Counted from the first letter of the stretch, positions 9,854 through 20,384 are shown. The stretch is 63,222 nt of DNA from Roseburia sp. (GCA_023664725.1 JAMPFA010000001.1:599191-662412), one strand, 5' to 3'. Notes: generated from the sequence alone by a model not told the origin. Translations and numbers: made by a program.

Positions 9854-10270
9854 ATGGATAATAATTGCGCATATTGTATGGAAGGGGAACTGGTGGCAAA
9901 ATTCGGCATTAAAATCTGCGAGCTTCCCGCCTCTAAAGTATTTCTGTTTAAAGAGCAGAGCCATCCGGGACGTCTGATCGTGGCCAGCAAGCACCATGTC
10001 AGCGAAATGGTGGATTTAAGCGAAGCTGACAGGAATGCATTTTTAGCCGATGTAAACCATATGGCGGAAGTAATGCACAAAACATTCTCCCCTGCCAAGA
10101 TTAATTACGGTGCATATGGAGATACCGGATGCCATCTTCATTTCCATCTGGTTCCAAAGTACACCGATGAATTTGAGTGGGGTGGCACATTTGCCATGAA
10201 TCCTGACAAAAAATATTTGACGGATAAAGAATATGATGAAATGATTGAAAAGATTAAGGCAAATCTGTAA
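9854..10270 (+). CDS. HIT-family hydrolase.
   Basis: Histidine triad CHLHFHLVPK near the C-terminus; 138 aa. Confidence 0.75.
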   Translation: MDNNCAYCMEGELVAKFGIKICELPASKVFLFKEQSHPGRLIVASKHHVSEMVDLSEADRNAFLADVNHMAEVMHKTFSPAKINYGAYGDTGCHLHFHLVPKYTDEFEWGGTFAMNPDKKYLTDKEYDEMIEKIKANL

Positions 10271-10388
10271 ATGGGAATTAGTACTGCGAAAATGACAAGC
10301 CAAACGGACAATCATTTAATATCCGCTGTACCGGCAGGGGCGGTATTTCCTATTCGCCCCTGCAAAATCCAACAGATATACAAAAAAA

Positions 10389-10413
10389 GAAACAGCCGAA
10401 GCTGTTTCTTTTA
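10389..10413 (+). terminator. Rho-independent terminator after the HIT gene (gaaacagc-cgaa-gctgtttc-tttt).
   Basis: 8-bp stem, tetraloop, and a T4 tract. Confidence 0.6.
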
Positions 10414-10628
10414 GGAGAAGGTATTTTTACTATGGGGTATAGCAAAAACTATATATAATGTATTGGGGGTTTTACAAGAATTATAATAGCATAGCATACC
10501 CCATTGTACTATTGGCCAGATATACAAATGTATTGTAATATCCGGTCGTTTTTTTGTCAGTTTAACAAGTAAAATCCAAACATGCGGAAAAATCCTTCAA
10601 AAATTGTTCTTGTTTTAGTGGATATTAC

Positions 10629-10670
10629 TAAAAAAAGAAATGCCGAAAATATAGCATTTTCAGGCATTTC
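10629..10670 (-). terminator. Rho-independent terminator on the minus strand downstream of the small ORF that follows ssrA.
   Basis: Stem gaaatgcc / ggcatttc (with inner pairing) followed on the minus strand by T7. Confidence 0.5.
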
Positions 10671-10679
10671 TTTATCACT

Positions 10680-10853
10680 TTACTGCTGAATTTCAAATTT
10701 ACTTAAATCTGTTACACCAAGGTGTGCCAGCCGCTCTTTTAACATAGCCGCCTGATAATCAAGCTCTTTCCCCATATCCGGAGCATACCTGGCTCTTCTG
10801 TTCTCTGCATACATTTGAAGCAATAAATCTGCTAACTCTTTTTCTGTCGGCAT
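10680..10853 (-). CDS. Small hypothetical protein (57 aa, MPTEKELADLLLQMYAENRRARYAPDMGKELDYQAAMLKERLAHLGVTDLSKFEIQQ).
   Basis: Not in the ORF table (below 60 aa). Strong RBS ggaggtgg 5 nt before the ATG; followed by a terminator; sits between ssrA and the HIT gene. Confidence 0.4.
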   Translation of the reverse strand: MPTEKELADLLLQMYAENRRARYAPDMGKELDYQAAMLKERLAHLGVTDLSKFEIQQ

Positions 10854-10878
10854 AAGACCACCTCCTTGATTTCTAAAA

Positions 10879-11225
10879 ATAAGAAGAATGGACTAGACGG
10901 GAATCGAACCCGTGTCCAAAAACCAATCCCCTGTCCTTCTACGAGTGTAGTCACTCCTTTGACATTTCCTCCGCCGCCCGGGGAGAGACACCCTGGCGGT
11001 TTTAGTAGCTTCATAATACGCCCACCGGCTCAAAGCTTTGCCGATGTCGTTTCCTACATAGTCGAAGCCTGGATCCTAATGTGTAGGTGCACTAGGTCAG
11101 ACTGCTGCCATTAGGCAGCGTAAGCTAAATTATCGTTAGCGTTTAATTTTAATTTTGGCATTTAACGCATCCCATACGACTCGCTTCTCCAGCTTCAAGA
11201 TCCCTGTCGAAACCTTTACTAGCCC
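10879..11225 (-). ncRNA. ssrA: tmRNA (SsrA), ~347 nt, CCA not encoded.
   Basis: 5' GGGCTAGTAAAGGTTTCGACAGGGAT... and 3' ...GGTTCGATTCCCGTCTAGTCCA form a tRNA-Ala-like acceptor stem with a G3:U70 pair and a T-arm GGTTCGATTCC. Internal tag reading frame ...GCT AAC GAT AAT TTA GCT TAC GCT GCC TAA (predicted tag ANDNLAYAA). smpB is immediately upstream. Confidence 0.9.
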
Positions 11226-11325
11226 TTATATAAAACTCCTGCAACTATTTTTAGCTTTACAGAAATTTTTTACTTTAATTATTATACCCAAAATATCTCT
11301 ATAGGTCAACAATTTTTCACTGCCA

Positions 11326-11790
11326 TTACGACATTTTTACTTTGAAATCCCGCTCCGCTTCCCGCTTTGCGTCCTTCTTTGCAATATCCTTGCGCTTATC
11401 GTAAAGCTTCTTTCCCTTTGCCAGGGCAATCTGCACTTTCACCAGGCTTCCCTTAAAATACACCTCCACAGGAACCAGGGTATATCCCTTCTCCGCAATC
11501 TTCTGTTGAAGTTTTAAAATCTCTCTCTTATGCATCAGAAGCTTTTTAGGACGAAGAGGATCTCTGTTAAAAATATTCCCCTTTTCATAGGGAGATATGT
11601 GCATACCATAAATATACACCTCCCCTTTTTCAATCCGGACAAATGCCTCTTTGATACTGCACTTACCCATGCGCAGGGACTTTACTTCCGTCCCGTGAAG
11701 GCTGACCCCTGTCTCATACAATTCCTCCAGAAAATAATCATGCCTTGCCTTCTTATTGTTGGCAATCAGCTTCCTTGAGTCTTTTGCCAT
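11326..11790 (-). CDS. smpB: SsrA-binding protein SmpB.
   Basis: 154 aa with the canonical SmpB sequence ([11 protein letters not shown]...[10 protein letters not shown]...[11 protein letters not shown]...). Confidence 0.95.
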   Translation of the reverse strand: MAKDSRKLIANNKKARHDYFLEELYETGVSLHGTEVKSLRMGKCSIKEAFVRIEKGEVYIYGMHISPYEKGNIFNRDPLRPKKLLMHKREILKLQQKIAEKGYTLVPVEVYFKGSLVKVQIALAKGKKLYDKRKDIAKKDAKREAERDFKVKMS

Positions 11791-11805
11791 ACAAACCCTC
11801 CCATT

Positions 11806-13926
11806 TTAAACCAATCTGAAATCTATGGTGCGTAGCAGTTTATTCGTAGATTCCACCTTAACACTCACCTTCTGTCCCAGCTTGTAATGCTTGTTTTTTG
11901 TCTCCCCCACCAGCTCGTAGGTAGATTCATGGTACACATAGTAATCGTCATCCAAAGAGGTAATATGCACCAGACCCTCAATGGTATTGGGCAGTTCCAC
12001 ATACATGCCCCAGCCGGTGACGCCGGAAATCACTCCCTCAAAAATTTCACCGATATGCCCGGCCATATACTCCACCTTTTTCATCTTCTCTGTCTCACGC
12101 TCCGCCTCGTCTGCCCGCCGCTCCATCTCACTGGAATGTTTTGCCACCTCCGGCAATATTTTTTCATAGTGGGACTGCCGCTTGTCATTCATCTTTCCCC
12201 GCAGGCTCTCCTTGATGATCCTGTGGATCTGCAGATCCGGATAACGGCGGATCGGAGAAGTAAAATGACAATAATAGGAAGTGGCCAGCCCGAAATGTCC
12301 TGTGCTCATGGTGGTGTATTTTGCCTGCTTCATTGACCGCAGGGTAAGGCGGCTGATCAATGGCTCCTCCGGCGATCCCTCTATTTTTCCCAAAAGCTTC
12401 TGCAGTTCTTTCGGGTGCACCTCATCCCGTCCGATATGCATAGAATATCCAAAGTTATTGATAAATGCGGCAAACTTACGGATTTTCTCCTCGTCCGGAG
12501 TGTCATGGGTACGAAACACAAAGGGAACCTGCTGCCAGTAAAAATCCTCCGCCACCGTCTCGTTTGCAATAAGCATGAAATCTTCAATGATCTTTGTGGC
12601 CACATTCCGCTCGTAAGGCTTGATCTCCACAGGATGTCCCTCTCTGTCAAGAAGAATCTTCGTCTCCGGGAAATCAAAATCAATAGATCCCCGCTTCATC
12701 CTCTTTTTCCGAAGGATCGACGCCAGTTCCTCCATCATCTCAAACATTGGCACAAATGCCTCATACTCTTTTAACAGCGCCTCATCTTTATCTACCAGGA
12801 TTTTTTTCACCGCAGTGTAGGACATGCGGCAATTTACCCGCACCACCGTCTCGCTGATCTTGTGATCTATCACCCTGCCCTTATCATCTATGGTCATGAT
12901 ACAGCTTAAGGCAAGGCGGTTCTCCCCCTGGTTTAAGGAACAGATTCCGTTGGACAGTACATGGGGCAGCATGGGGATCACTCTGTCCACCAGATATACA
13001 CTGGTGCCCCGCTTTAACGCCTCCACATCCAATGCACTGTGCTCCTGGACATAATTGGTCACATCCGCAATGTGAACGCCTAAAATATAATTTTCCCCTT
13101 CTTTAAAAAGGGTGATGGCATCATCCAGATCTTTGGCATCCTCCCCATCTATGGTGACCATCTGCCAGTCCCTGATATCCATCCGGCCTGCCATATCTGC
13201 CTCCGACACCTCTTTTGCCACACGCTCCCCCTGGTTTAGCACCTTTTCCGAAAATTCCATGGGAAGGTCATAGGCCCGGACAAGGGATAAAATATCAGTC
13301 CCCGGGTCATTGATATGCCCCAGGATCTCCACCACTTTCCCCTCCGGCTTTTTGTCTCTGGTGCCGTAGTCCGTGATCTCCACCACAACTTTGTGACCGC
13401 TCACTGCCCCCTTGGAACGCTCCTTTTGCACAAAAATGTCTCTGCCGAATTTAGGGTCATCCGGCACCACAAAGCCAAAGTTTTGGGAAAGCTCAAATGT
13501 CCCCACCACATGGGTCATGCCCCTCGCCAGGATTTTTTCTACTTTTCCTTCTCTCCGGCGTCCCCCGGAGACAGGAAGAAGGGAAATCTGCACCGTATCT
13601 TTGTGCATGGCGCCGCAGAGCTCATCGGCGGAGATAAAGATATCATCTTCCTCCCCCTCCACTGTGACAAAGCCAAAGCCCTTGTGATTGGCGTTAAAGA
13701 TCCCGGTTACATATTTTTTCTCCGCTTTCGAATATTTTCCCCTTTTAGAGAGTTCTATCTTCCCCTCCAAAACCAACTCTTCCAAGACCTCCTGTAAATA
13801 TTCCCGCTCATCCTTTGAGACGGAGAGCATCACTGCTATCTCTTTTGCCTTCATGGGCACATACAGCTCATCGCAGATAAAATTGTATACCGTCTTTTTC
13901 CGTTTTTCAAATCGATCTCTTTCCAT
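11806..13926 (-). CDS. rnr: Ribonuclease R (RNB-family 3'-5' exoribonuclease with C-terminal S1 domain).
   Basis: 706 aa; cold-shock-like N-domain, RNB catalytic core (...DAKDLDDAI...), S1 domain (EIFEGVISGVTGWGMYVEL); 16 nt upstream of smpB. Confidence 0.9.
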   Translation of the reverse strand: MERDRFEKRKKTVYNFICDELYVPMKAKEIAVMLSVSKDEREYLQEVLEELVLEGKIELSKRGKYSKAEKKYVTGIFNANHKGFGFVTVEGEEDDIFISADELCGAMHKDTVQISLLPVSGGRRREGKVEKILARGMTHVVGTFELSQNFGFVVPDDPKFGRDIFVQKERSKGAVSGHKVVVEITDYGTRDKKPEGKVVEILGHINDPGTDILSLVRAYDLPMEFSEKVLNQGERVAKEVSEADMAGRMDIRDWQMVTIDGEDAKDLDDAITLFKEGENYILGVHIADVTNYVQEHSALDVEALKRGTSVYLVDRVIPMLPHVLSNGICSLNQGENRLALSCIMTIDDKGRVIDHKISETVVRVNCRMSYTAVKKILVDKDEALLKEYEAFVPMFEMMEELASILRKKRMKRGSIDFDFPETKILLDREGHPVEIKPYERNVATKIIEDFMLIANETVAEDFYWQQVPFVFRTHDTPDEEKIRKFAAFINNFGYSMHIGRDEVHPKELQKLLGKIEGSPEEPLISRLTLRSMKQAKYTTMSTGHFGLATSYYCHFTSPIRRYPDLQIHRIIKESLRGKMNDKRQSHYEKILPEVAKHSSEMERRADEAERETEKMKKVEYMAGHIGEIFEGVISGVTGWGMYVELPNTIEGLVHITSLDDDYYVYHESTYELVGETKNKHYKLGQKVSVKVESTNKLLRTIDFRLV

Positions 13927-14014
13927 ATATACTCCCTTTTGCTGTCAATTTTCCCTTATGCGGGAGTGTGTACAAAAAAGAAACTGCCGCATTTTCACGA
14001 CAGTCTCTTATGTT

Positions 14015-14254
14015 CTAAAATATATTCGTATTCAGCACCGCAGCAATCACGATAAACAAAATCACCATGATCCTGGTTGCCTTTACCAAAATACCTTCCA
14101 TAGAACGTCCCTTGTTCTTGCCCCAGTATGTGTCTGCCGCACCTGCTATGGCTCCAAGCCCTGCAGATTTGCCCTCCTGAAGTAAAACAATCACTGTCAA
14201 TGCCAAAGATAACACTATAAACACTACGGTTAATATCGTCTTAACAACTGCCAC
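14015..14254 (-). CDS. secG: Preprotein translocase subunit SecG.
   Basis: 79 aa, two TM helices, LLQEGKSAGLG motif. Confidence 0.85.
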   Translation of the reverse strand: MAVVKTILTVVFIVLSLALTVIVLLQEGKSAGLGAIAGAADTYWGKNKGRSMEGILVKATRIMVILFIVIAAVLNTNIF

Positions 14255-14430
14255 GAATCTTCCCTCCTACAAAACACTAATTTTCCACACTTTATTTAGA
14301 ATAACACATATGTAACTATTTTTCAACTCTTTTTTTCTCATTCATAACAGACTGCACATCCTTTGTAAATTCCTGCCGGATGTGCAGTCTGTCTCCCACC
14401 ACATATTCATGCTTCGCAATCGTCCACACC

Positions 14431-15732
14431 TTAAAGGCTGTATTTGGAAACTGATCCAATCTCCTGCTCAATGCGTAAAAGCTGGTTATATTTTGCCACC
14501 CGCTCACTGCGGCAGGGCGCTCCTGTCTTAATCTGACCTGCGTTGACTGCCACCGCCAGATCTGCAATAAATGTGTCCTCCGTCTCCCCGGAACGATGGG
14601 AGATAACGGTTTTATATCCTGCCCGCTGGGCGATCTTAATGGCCTCCATAGCCTCCGACACGGTTCCGATCTGATTCACTTTTATCAAAATGGCATTTCC
14701 TGCGGGAACCTTGATGCCTGCCTCCAAACGCTTGGGGTTTGTGACAAAGAGATCGTCACCCACAAGCTGAATCTTATCTCCCAGGCGTTCTGTCATCTTC
14801 TTCCAGCCATCCCAGTCGTCCTCCGCCAGGCCGTCCTCAATGGAAAAGATGGGAAATTCCTCTAAAAGCTTTTCATAGTAGTCGATCATCTCCTGATCAT
14901 CCCGCAAAATCTTTTCTCCCCGCATTTTGCTCTCTCCGGGGAAATAGTACATGCCGCTGTCCTCCTGGTAAAGCTCACTGGCCGCCACATCCATGGCAAA
15001 ACAAATGTCTTCTCCCGGCTTGTACCCAGCCTCTTTCACGGCCTCCATCAGATAGGTCAACACTTCTCTGGCATCCTTTAAATCCGGGGCAAAACCTCCC
15101 TCATCTCCCACTCCTGTGGAGAGATCCTTTTCTTTTAACAGTCTTTTTAACGTATGGTACACTTCAGAACAGATCCGAAGTCCCTCGGCAAAACTTGATG
15201 CATGAATGGGCATAATCATAAACTCCTGGAAATCCACTGTATTCTCGGCATGTTTTCCCCCGTTTAAAATATTCATCATGGGAACCGGAAGCTGATGGGC
15301 ATAGACCCCTCCCAAATACAGATATAAGGGCAGCTCCAACGCAGCTGCAGCAGCCTTTGCCACCGCCATAGAAACCCCCAAAAGCGCATTAGCTCCAAGC
15401 CTCTTTTTGTTTTCCGTCCCATCCATCTCAATGAGACGCTCATCAATTTTTTTCTGGTTTAAGGCATTTCTTCCCACCAGCTCTTTTGCAATTTTATCGT
15501 TAATGTGGGATACCGCTTTTTTTACTCCCGCTCCGCCGTAACGCTTATCCCCGTCTCTTAATTCCACCGCCTCAAATCTGCCTGTGGAGGCTCCTGACGG
15601 CACTGCGGCACAGCCTACAAACCGTCCTTTTCCCTGGCTTTTTACCACAACCTCCGTCTCAACAGTGGGATTTCCCCTGGAATCCATAATCTCCCTGGCA
15701 AATACTTCCACAATCTCTACATAGCATTTCAT
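14431..15732 (-). CDS. eno: Enolase (phosphopyruvate hydratase).
   Basis: ...[19 protein letters not shown]... plus full enolase fold. Start trimmed to [10 protein letters not shown], consistent with other Clostridial enolase N-termini. Confidence 0.95.
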   Translation of the reverse strand: MKCYVEIVEVFAREIMDSRGNPTVETEVVVKSQGKGRFVGCAAVPSGASTGRFEAVELRDGDKRYGGAGVKKAVSHINDKIAKELVGRNALNQKKIDERLIEMDGTENKKRLGANALLGVSMAVAKAAAAALELPLYLYLGGVYAHQLPVPMMNILNGGKHAENTVDFQEFMIMPIHASSFAEGLRICSEVYHTLKRLLKEKDLSTGVGDEGGFAPDLKDAREVLTYLMEAVKEAGYKPGEDICFAMDVAASELYQEDSGMYYFPGESKMRGEKILRDDQEMIDYYEKLLEEFPIFSIEDGLAEDDWDGWKKMTERLGDKIQLVGDDLFVTNPKRLEAGIKVPAGNAILIKVNQIGTVSEAMEAIKIAQRAGYKTVISHRSGETEDTFIADLAVAVNAGQIKTGAPCRSERVAKYNQLLRIEQEIGSVSKYSL

Positions 15733-15839
15733 CTTGCACATACTCCTTTTCTTTTTTCATAGTATGTACAGATAAAATGAAAAAGATGCCTAATTTAGGC
15801 ATCTTTTTCAAGTATATAAATTTAGGATTAGGAATTGGC

Positions 15840-16805
15840 TTATTTATTCTGAGTCAGGTGAATTGCAAAACCACCAATCTCGTCTTTGAAGTAAATAAAC
15901 TTCAATGTACCGTCATCGTTGTACTGCTTGGAAGACTCGTCAAATGCAAATCCACGTTTCTCCAGGTGGTATACTGCACGGTCCACATAGTTGGTTCCCA
16001 CTGCGATGTGTCCGTTAGCTCCCTTGCCCTGGCCCTTCATCACTTCGATCATCTGGTTTACAAAGATGGAACTGTTGCCCACTGCTTTCTCCACACCGAA
16101 GATAGAAGCAAATTTGTCAGCCTGATCCTGGGCGTCACTCTCGCTCTGGTTGTTGATCCCCACATGCTTGATGGTGAATCCAAGCATAGTTGCAACTGCC
16201 TCTTTTGTGAGCTTTGTAATTCCTGCCCAGTCTTTTGCTTTCACCATATCACCGTTTACCATCCAGCTTCCGCCGCATGCGATGATCTTCGGAAAATCGA
16301 GATAGCTCTTAATATTTTTTGCGCTGATTCCGCCGGTAGGCATGAATTTCATCTTGCCGTAAGGAGCGGACATAGCTTTGATCACCGGGAGGCCGCCATT
16401 TGCCTCTGCTGGGAAGAATTTCACTACGTCAAGTCCCAGCTCAATGGCCTGCTCCACATCACTTGGATTTGCAGTTCCAGGGGTAATTGGAATATTTTTG
16501 TCTACACAATATTTTACAACCTTTGGATTTAAGCCCGGGCTTACGATAAATTTTGCTCCTGCATTCACTGCACGGTCTACCTGCTCTGTGGTGAGGACAG
16601 TTCCTGCACCTACCAGCATCTCCGGGAATTTGCTTGCCATAATGCGGATGGACTCTTCCGCTGCGTCTGTACGGAAGGTAACCTCTGCACAGGGAAGTCC
16701 ACCTTCAATCAATGCTTTTGCCAAAGGCTCTGCGTCTGCTGCATCGTTCAATGCGATAACTGGAATGATACCGATTTTGGAAAACTCTTCTAATACCTTG
16801 TTCAT
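15840..16805 (-). CDS. eda: KDPG/KHG aldolase (Eda) fused to a C-terminal ~110-aa VOC/glyoxalase-like domain.
   Basis: Residues 1-~210 match the Eda aldolase (GIIPVI...EVTFRT...GAGTVLT...FKFFPA). Residues ~215-321 (HVGINN...AIHL) resemble a VOC-fold domain. Total 321 aa versus ~210 typical. Confidence 0.75.
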   Translation of the reverse strand: MNKVLEEFSKIGIIPVIALNDAADAEPLAKALIEGGLPCAEVTFRTDAAEESIRIMASKFPEMLVGAGTVLTTEQVDRAVNAGAKFIVSPGLNPKVVKYCVDKNIPITPGTANPSDVEQAIELGLDVVKFFPAEANGGLPVIKAMSAPYGKMKFMPTGGISAKNIKSYLDFPKIIACGGSWMVNGDMVKAKDWAGITKLTKEAVATMLGFTIKHVGINNQSESDAQDQADKFASIFGVEKAVGNSSIFVNQMIEVMKGQGKGANGHIAVGTNYVDRAVYHLEKRGFAFDESSKQYNDDGTLKFIYFKDEIGGFAIHLTQNK

Positions 16806-16945
16806 AGTAATCTCCTTTTCCTAACTAAATTTGTAATAAAAACCCTCAGTTTCTGTTTCACATTATGAAACTTTGTTTCATAAAATGAATCTATACTTAG
16901 ATTATAGCATTATTCTGGGAAATGTCAACTGTTCTATTAAAAAAC

Positions 16946-18796
16946 TCAAATTTTTAGAATATATCCGCAGTCTGTCTCAAACACCACTTCTCTATCCTTG
17001 ATAAATTCTGGATTCTTCTTCATAAAATCAGATTTTTTCAACAAAACAACATACTCTGCCCCATTCTCCTTTATCCGTGACAAAATTTCCTCCAGGGGAT
17101 AACGCCAGCCATAATACATTCCCAAATCCACTCCGACAACACCCTCATAAAAATAACAATCCTTATAATCCTCTGTTTCCGTCAACAAGGGGACTTCCCT
17201 GTCATTTTTCTGTTCCCTGCGATATGAAATAATCCACTGATATAAATACAGTTTCCCCTGAGGCACAGCTTCCCTCCCCCAGCTTCTGTATATCTGATGC
17301 CACTGGTAAATATCGAACAATTCCGTCCGATGCTCTTCAATCTGATCAATCTCATCCATGGATGAGACAAAACTCCGCTCGTAACCTCCAACGCAGAGGA
17401 TAAAACACAGGGAATATACAGCGCATAATGACCAGACCATCTCTCTGGAATTTTCCCAAAGCTTTTTTAATGACCAGATCAGCTCTGCAAACCCCAAAGC
17501 CCACAAGGGATAGTAGCATTTATAATAGTAATACTGAGAAATGATCCCACATCTCACACCAATCCACATCAGTACAGCCATACCCCCAAAGGCCAAAAAT
17601 AGTCCACACTCTGGCAAAATTTTTTTCCGTCTTATCTGGTACAAGACAGGATAGATCATAAACGGCAGCAACAATGCAAAGTTGGCCAGCAGATTAGAAT
17701 AGATTCCCCCTGCATTGCCAATGCTTCCCCCAATGGTTGTCCCCTGTTTTGCAAAAAAATCAAAGTAACAGTAATACATCCCAAGCAGCAGAGGCAGCAA
17801 AAAGATTTCCAGCGTATTATTTATAAGCTTTTTTAAGTGTCTTTCCTCCCAGGCGTCTCTGGCCACAAAAAACCACAAAGCGATAAAAACCGCAGGTGCA
17901 AAAAGCATATAACAAACCACAACCGAAAAACATCCCAACATCATACGCCATTTAAAGCCCCCGCAAAAACCCTGTTCCAGCCCCTGGCGCACAAGCAGTG
18001 CCAAATACAGAACAAGCATTACTCCTATACCCCAGTAGGTAAAGGAAAAATAGAAACTATTGAGAGGATATGCCAGGTAATACAGCGGCAAAATGACCAA
18101 CACAAGGATCCTTCCTTTTAGCCCTCCTGCTATTTTTCGCATAAGCACAAAAAATACTAAGAGTTCCAAAAACTGAAACAATAAATCCGCTGCTATAAAT
18201 CCTTTGTACCACTCCACGGTATCCAAAAGAGGCTTCAGTACCTCAATTACCATGGCATTATGAAAATGAGAAAAAAACATCCCCTCCACCTTCTGCCCAT
18301 GTACAACCATTACCGCCTCCCGAAGGTGAAGCCCCGCATCAGAGTTAGTGTAGGTATAAGAGAGCCCCGGTGAAAAGACAGAGAGGCAATACTTGAAAAT
18401 AATGATCAAAATTTCTATTATCCCAACTAAATCCAGCCATACAAGCATCTTTTCTTTGTGCCAGGCCACAGTCTCCTGCCCCCTCAAATGTTTGGCAGGA
18501 TGAGAAAAATGCAGATGATCCAGCCCGGATCTTCCCCCTCGAAGTATCAGGAACAATACCAACAGATGGATAATTATCATTGTTCCCGTATGTACTGGTA
18601 TGTGAAACAGCGTACAGATCCCTGCCCAAAATGCATCCTGGCACAGTAAATGGATCACTTCCATAACCAGCCCTTCCAGCCAGTCTTTCTCCACTAAAAT
18701 GCCGGACTGGGCCTGCTGCTTCCTGCAGCCAAAAAAGCAACAACATCCAAAGGTCAGCACATATCCCAATGAACATACAATGTCCCAAAATCCCAC
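16946..18796 (-). CDS. Large polytopic membrane protein (GT-C-like putative glycosyltransferase), paralog of the 20381..22168 protein.
   Basis: ≥12 predicted TM segments; shares the YYYYK-YY-W motif with the 595-aa neighbour. Start moved to the GTG at 18796 (AGGAGG-N6-GTG directly after the upstream stop) instead of the TTG at 18838. Confidence 0.55.
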   Translation of the reverse strand: MGFWDIVCSLGYVLTFGCCCFFGCRKQQAQSGILVEKDWLEGLVMEVIHLLCQDAFWAGICTLFHIPVHTGTMIIIHLLVLFLILRGGRSGLDHLHFSHPAKHLRGQETVAWHKEKMLVWLDLVGIIEILIIIFKYCLSVFSPGLSYTYTNSDAGLHLREAVMVVHGQKVEGMFFSHFHNAMVIEVLKPLLDTVEWYKGFIAADLLFQFLELLVFFVLMRKIAGGLKGRILVLVILPLYYLAYPLNSFYFSFTYWGIGVMLVLYLALLVRQGLEQGFCGGFKWRMMLGCFSVVVCYMLFAPAVFIALWFFVARDAWEERHLKKLINNTLEIFLLPLLLGMYYCYFDFFAKQGTTIGGSIGNAGGIYSNLLANFALLLPFMIYPVLYQIRRKKILPECGLFLAFGGMAVLMWIGVRCGIISQYYYYKCYYPLWALGFAELIWSLKKLWENSREMVWSLCAVYSLCFILCVGGYERSFVSSMDEIDQIEEHRTELFDIYQWHQIYRSWGREAVPQGKLYLYQWIISYRREQKNDREVPLLTETEDYKDCYFYEGVVGVDLGMYYGWRYPLEEILSRIKENGAEYVVLLKKSDFMKKNPEFIKDREVVFETDCGYILKI

Positions 18797-18809
18797 AAAA
18801 TACCTCCTC

Positions 18810-20384
18810 TCACTTTTTCCAGACCGCAAATAAAACAAATATTACCGTAAGCATGTTCATATAGAAAAGAACTGCCTCTGCCATCGATGGCTCCTCCCCC
18901 GTCTGCACCGTAACTTTCCTGTTTTGTGCCACGATTGGGAACAGCAAAACCAGCGGCAGAAAATAGCGTCCCTGCACACATGCCACTGCCTCTTCCACAA
19001 GATCAGTCTCTGCCAGGAACATAACCAGGATCGGGGCTGATACTCCAAAAGCAATCATCTCTCCCACCAATATTTTCTGCCATCTGGAAAATACGATCCT
19101 GCTCTCTTCCCCCAGCACATATAACACCAGGAGAAACAAAAAAACCAGGAGAAAATGTCTGGGAATTTTCACGTCAAGCCATCCCAAACTTTTTCCCATG
19201 AATGTATCCAATGTCTCGTCCCCCCGCTTCAAACTCATACTATATATCAGAAAAAACAGCGAGTCCAGCGGATGGTGCAGAAGATACGACAGCGAATATC
19301 CCTGCTTCGCCGTTAAATTCGTGGTATCTGATGCAATAAAAGCAACCTTCCCAAGTTTCAGATAAACAGAGATCAAAATCGGCAAAACAAGAACACCTGC
19401 ATATGCAGCCTGGTATTTCCATCTTACTGACACTTTTTTTACAGGTATAAATAAAATGAGTAACAAAAATGGTATATACACCAGCTTAATCGGTGCAAAA
19501 CAGCATCCCATAATGACCATCAAAAAAAATTCTTTCCATGTTACCTTTTCCCTGTCGTAAGCACAGTGCATAACAAATGACACAAACAGAAGAATAAATG
19601 CCAGATTGACACTGTCATAGGAAATGGAGGAAACCAGTTCCACAGTCATGGGAATCTGGCACAAAACCATAATCACCCGCTTTCCATAGGGCATCCATTT
19701 TAGACTCCGGGCTGCAGCAATGCAAAAAAACAAGAAGTTAAAAATTCTTGCCAGGATCATCAGCCATCTCCCATTCAGATTTAAAACTCTCGCAAGCGTC
19801 ATTCCTGCTGCCGGGATAAAATACGTGGTAAAGGGCACTGTCTTTTCCGGGAAATAGGCTTCATAGACCACCATCTCCTCCGAATTCGCCTTTTTAAACA
19901 ATTCTCTGAAATACTCAGCGTATGTCTCTTTTTCATAGCTGAATACCTGGGTATCCCTGTCCTCCCTGCGAACATAAATGTGTCCATCACTATCTTCCAT
20001 ATTTTTCCCCATCATGATATTGGATATCCTGTATGCACTGGCAAAATGTACTCCCTCATCCGGCGCCGAAAATGCCGGAAGAACGATATTAAACATCATA
20101 CCTGTCAAAAAAAGCATTACTGCAAAACGCCGCTCTAATGTGTGTTCTATTTTTCCCTCCCTGCACAGCCACCAGTAACAAATTCCAATCATCGACAGAA
20201 TCATCAGAAGCAGATATATTTTAAAGAACATGTCTCTATAAGGCAATGCATATTCTTTTAATCCGGATTCCCAGTATAAAAAATACAGGATTCCCACCAC
20301 TGCTTCCATACATAAAAAAACTGTTAGCCTATTTTTCACCTGCCGATCCATACGCCATTCCTCCATAATCTTAACAGCTGTCAT
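18810..20384 (-). CDS. DUF2142-like polytopic membrane protein (GT-C-fold candidate glycosyltransferase).
   Basis: 524 aa; first extracytoplasmic loop carries FSAPDEGVHF (D-E motif typical of GT-C enzymes); start overlaps the upstream stop (ATGA). Confidence 0.55.
   Translation of the reverse strand: MTAVKIMEEWRMDRQVKNRLTVFLCMEAVVGILYFLYWESGLKEYALPYRDMFFKIYLLLMILSMIGICYWWLCREGKIEHTLERRFAVMLFLTGMMFNIVLPAFSAPDEGVHFASAYRISNIMMGKNMEDSDGHIYVRREDRDTQVFSYEKETYAEYFRELFKKANSEEMVVYEAYFPEKTVPFTTYFIPAAGMTLARVLNLNGRWLMILARIFNFLFFCIAAARSLKWMPYGKRVIMVLCQIPMTVELVSSISYDSVNLAFILLFVSFVMHCAYDREKVTWKEFFLMVIMGCCFAPIKLVYIPFLLLILFIPVKKVSVRWKYQAAYAGVLVLPILISVYLKLGKVAFIASDTTNLTAKQGYSLSYLLHHPLDSLFFLIYSMSLKRGDETLDTFMGKSLGWLDVKIPRHFLLVFLFLLVLYVLGEESRIVFSRWQKILVGEMIAFGVSAPILVMFLAETDLVEEAVACVQGRYFLPLVLLFPIVAQNRKVTVQTGEEPSMAEAVLFYMNMLTVIFVLFAVWKK

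Noticed and set aside
10879-10895. tmRNA 3' end as an attachment site for an integrated prophage or island.
   Set aside because: No integrase, no direct repeat of the ssrA 3' end, and no phage genes downstream. The downstream genes are a small ORF and the conserved hexuronate cluster.
14316-14567. 83-aa ORF overlapping the 3' end of eno. Similar antisense or overlapping ORFs sit inside uxaC, the flotillin gene (30123..30574, 30185..30574), PurL, RNase R and others.
   Set aside because: They lie entirely within well-supported conserved genes in another frame or strand. Their low-complexity Ala/Pro/Ser-rich translations are typical of spurious ORFs in GC-skewed coding DNA.
18797-18838. Longer start (TTG at 18838) for the 616-aa membrane protein, overlapping the upstream gene by 29 nt.
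   Set aside because: A TGA-GAGGAGG-N6-GTG arrangement places a well-spaced RBS and GTG start immediately after the upstream stop. The TTG extension has no RBS.
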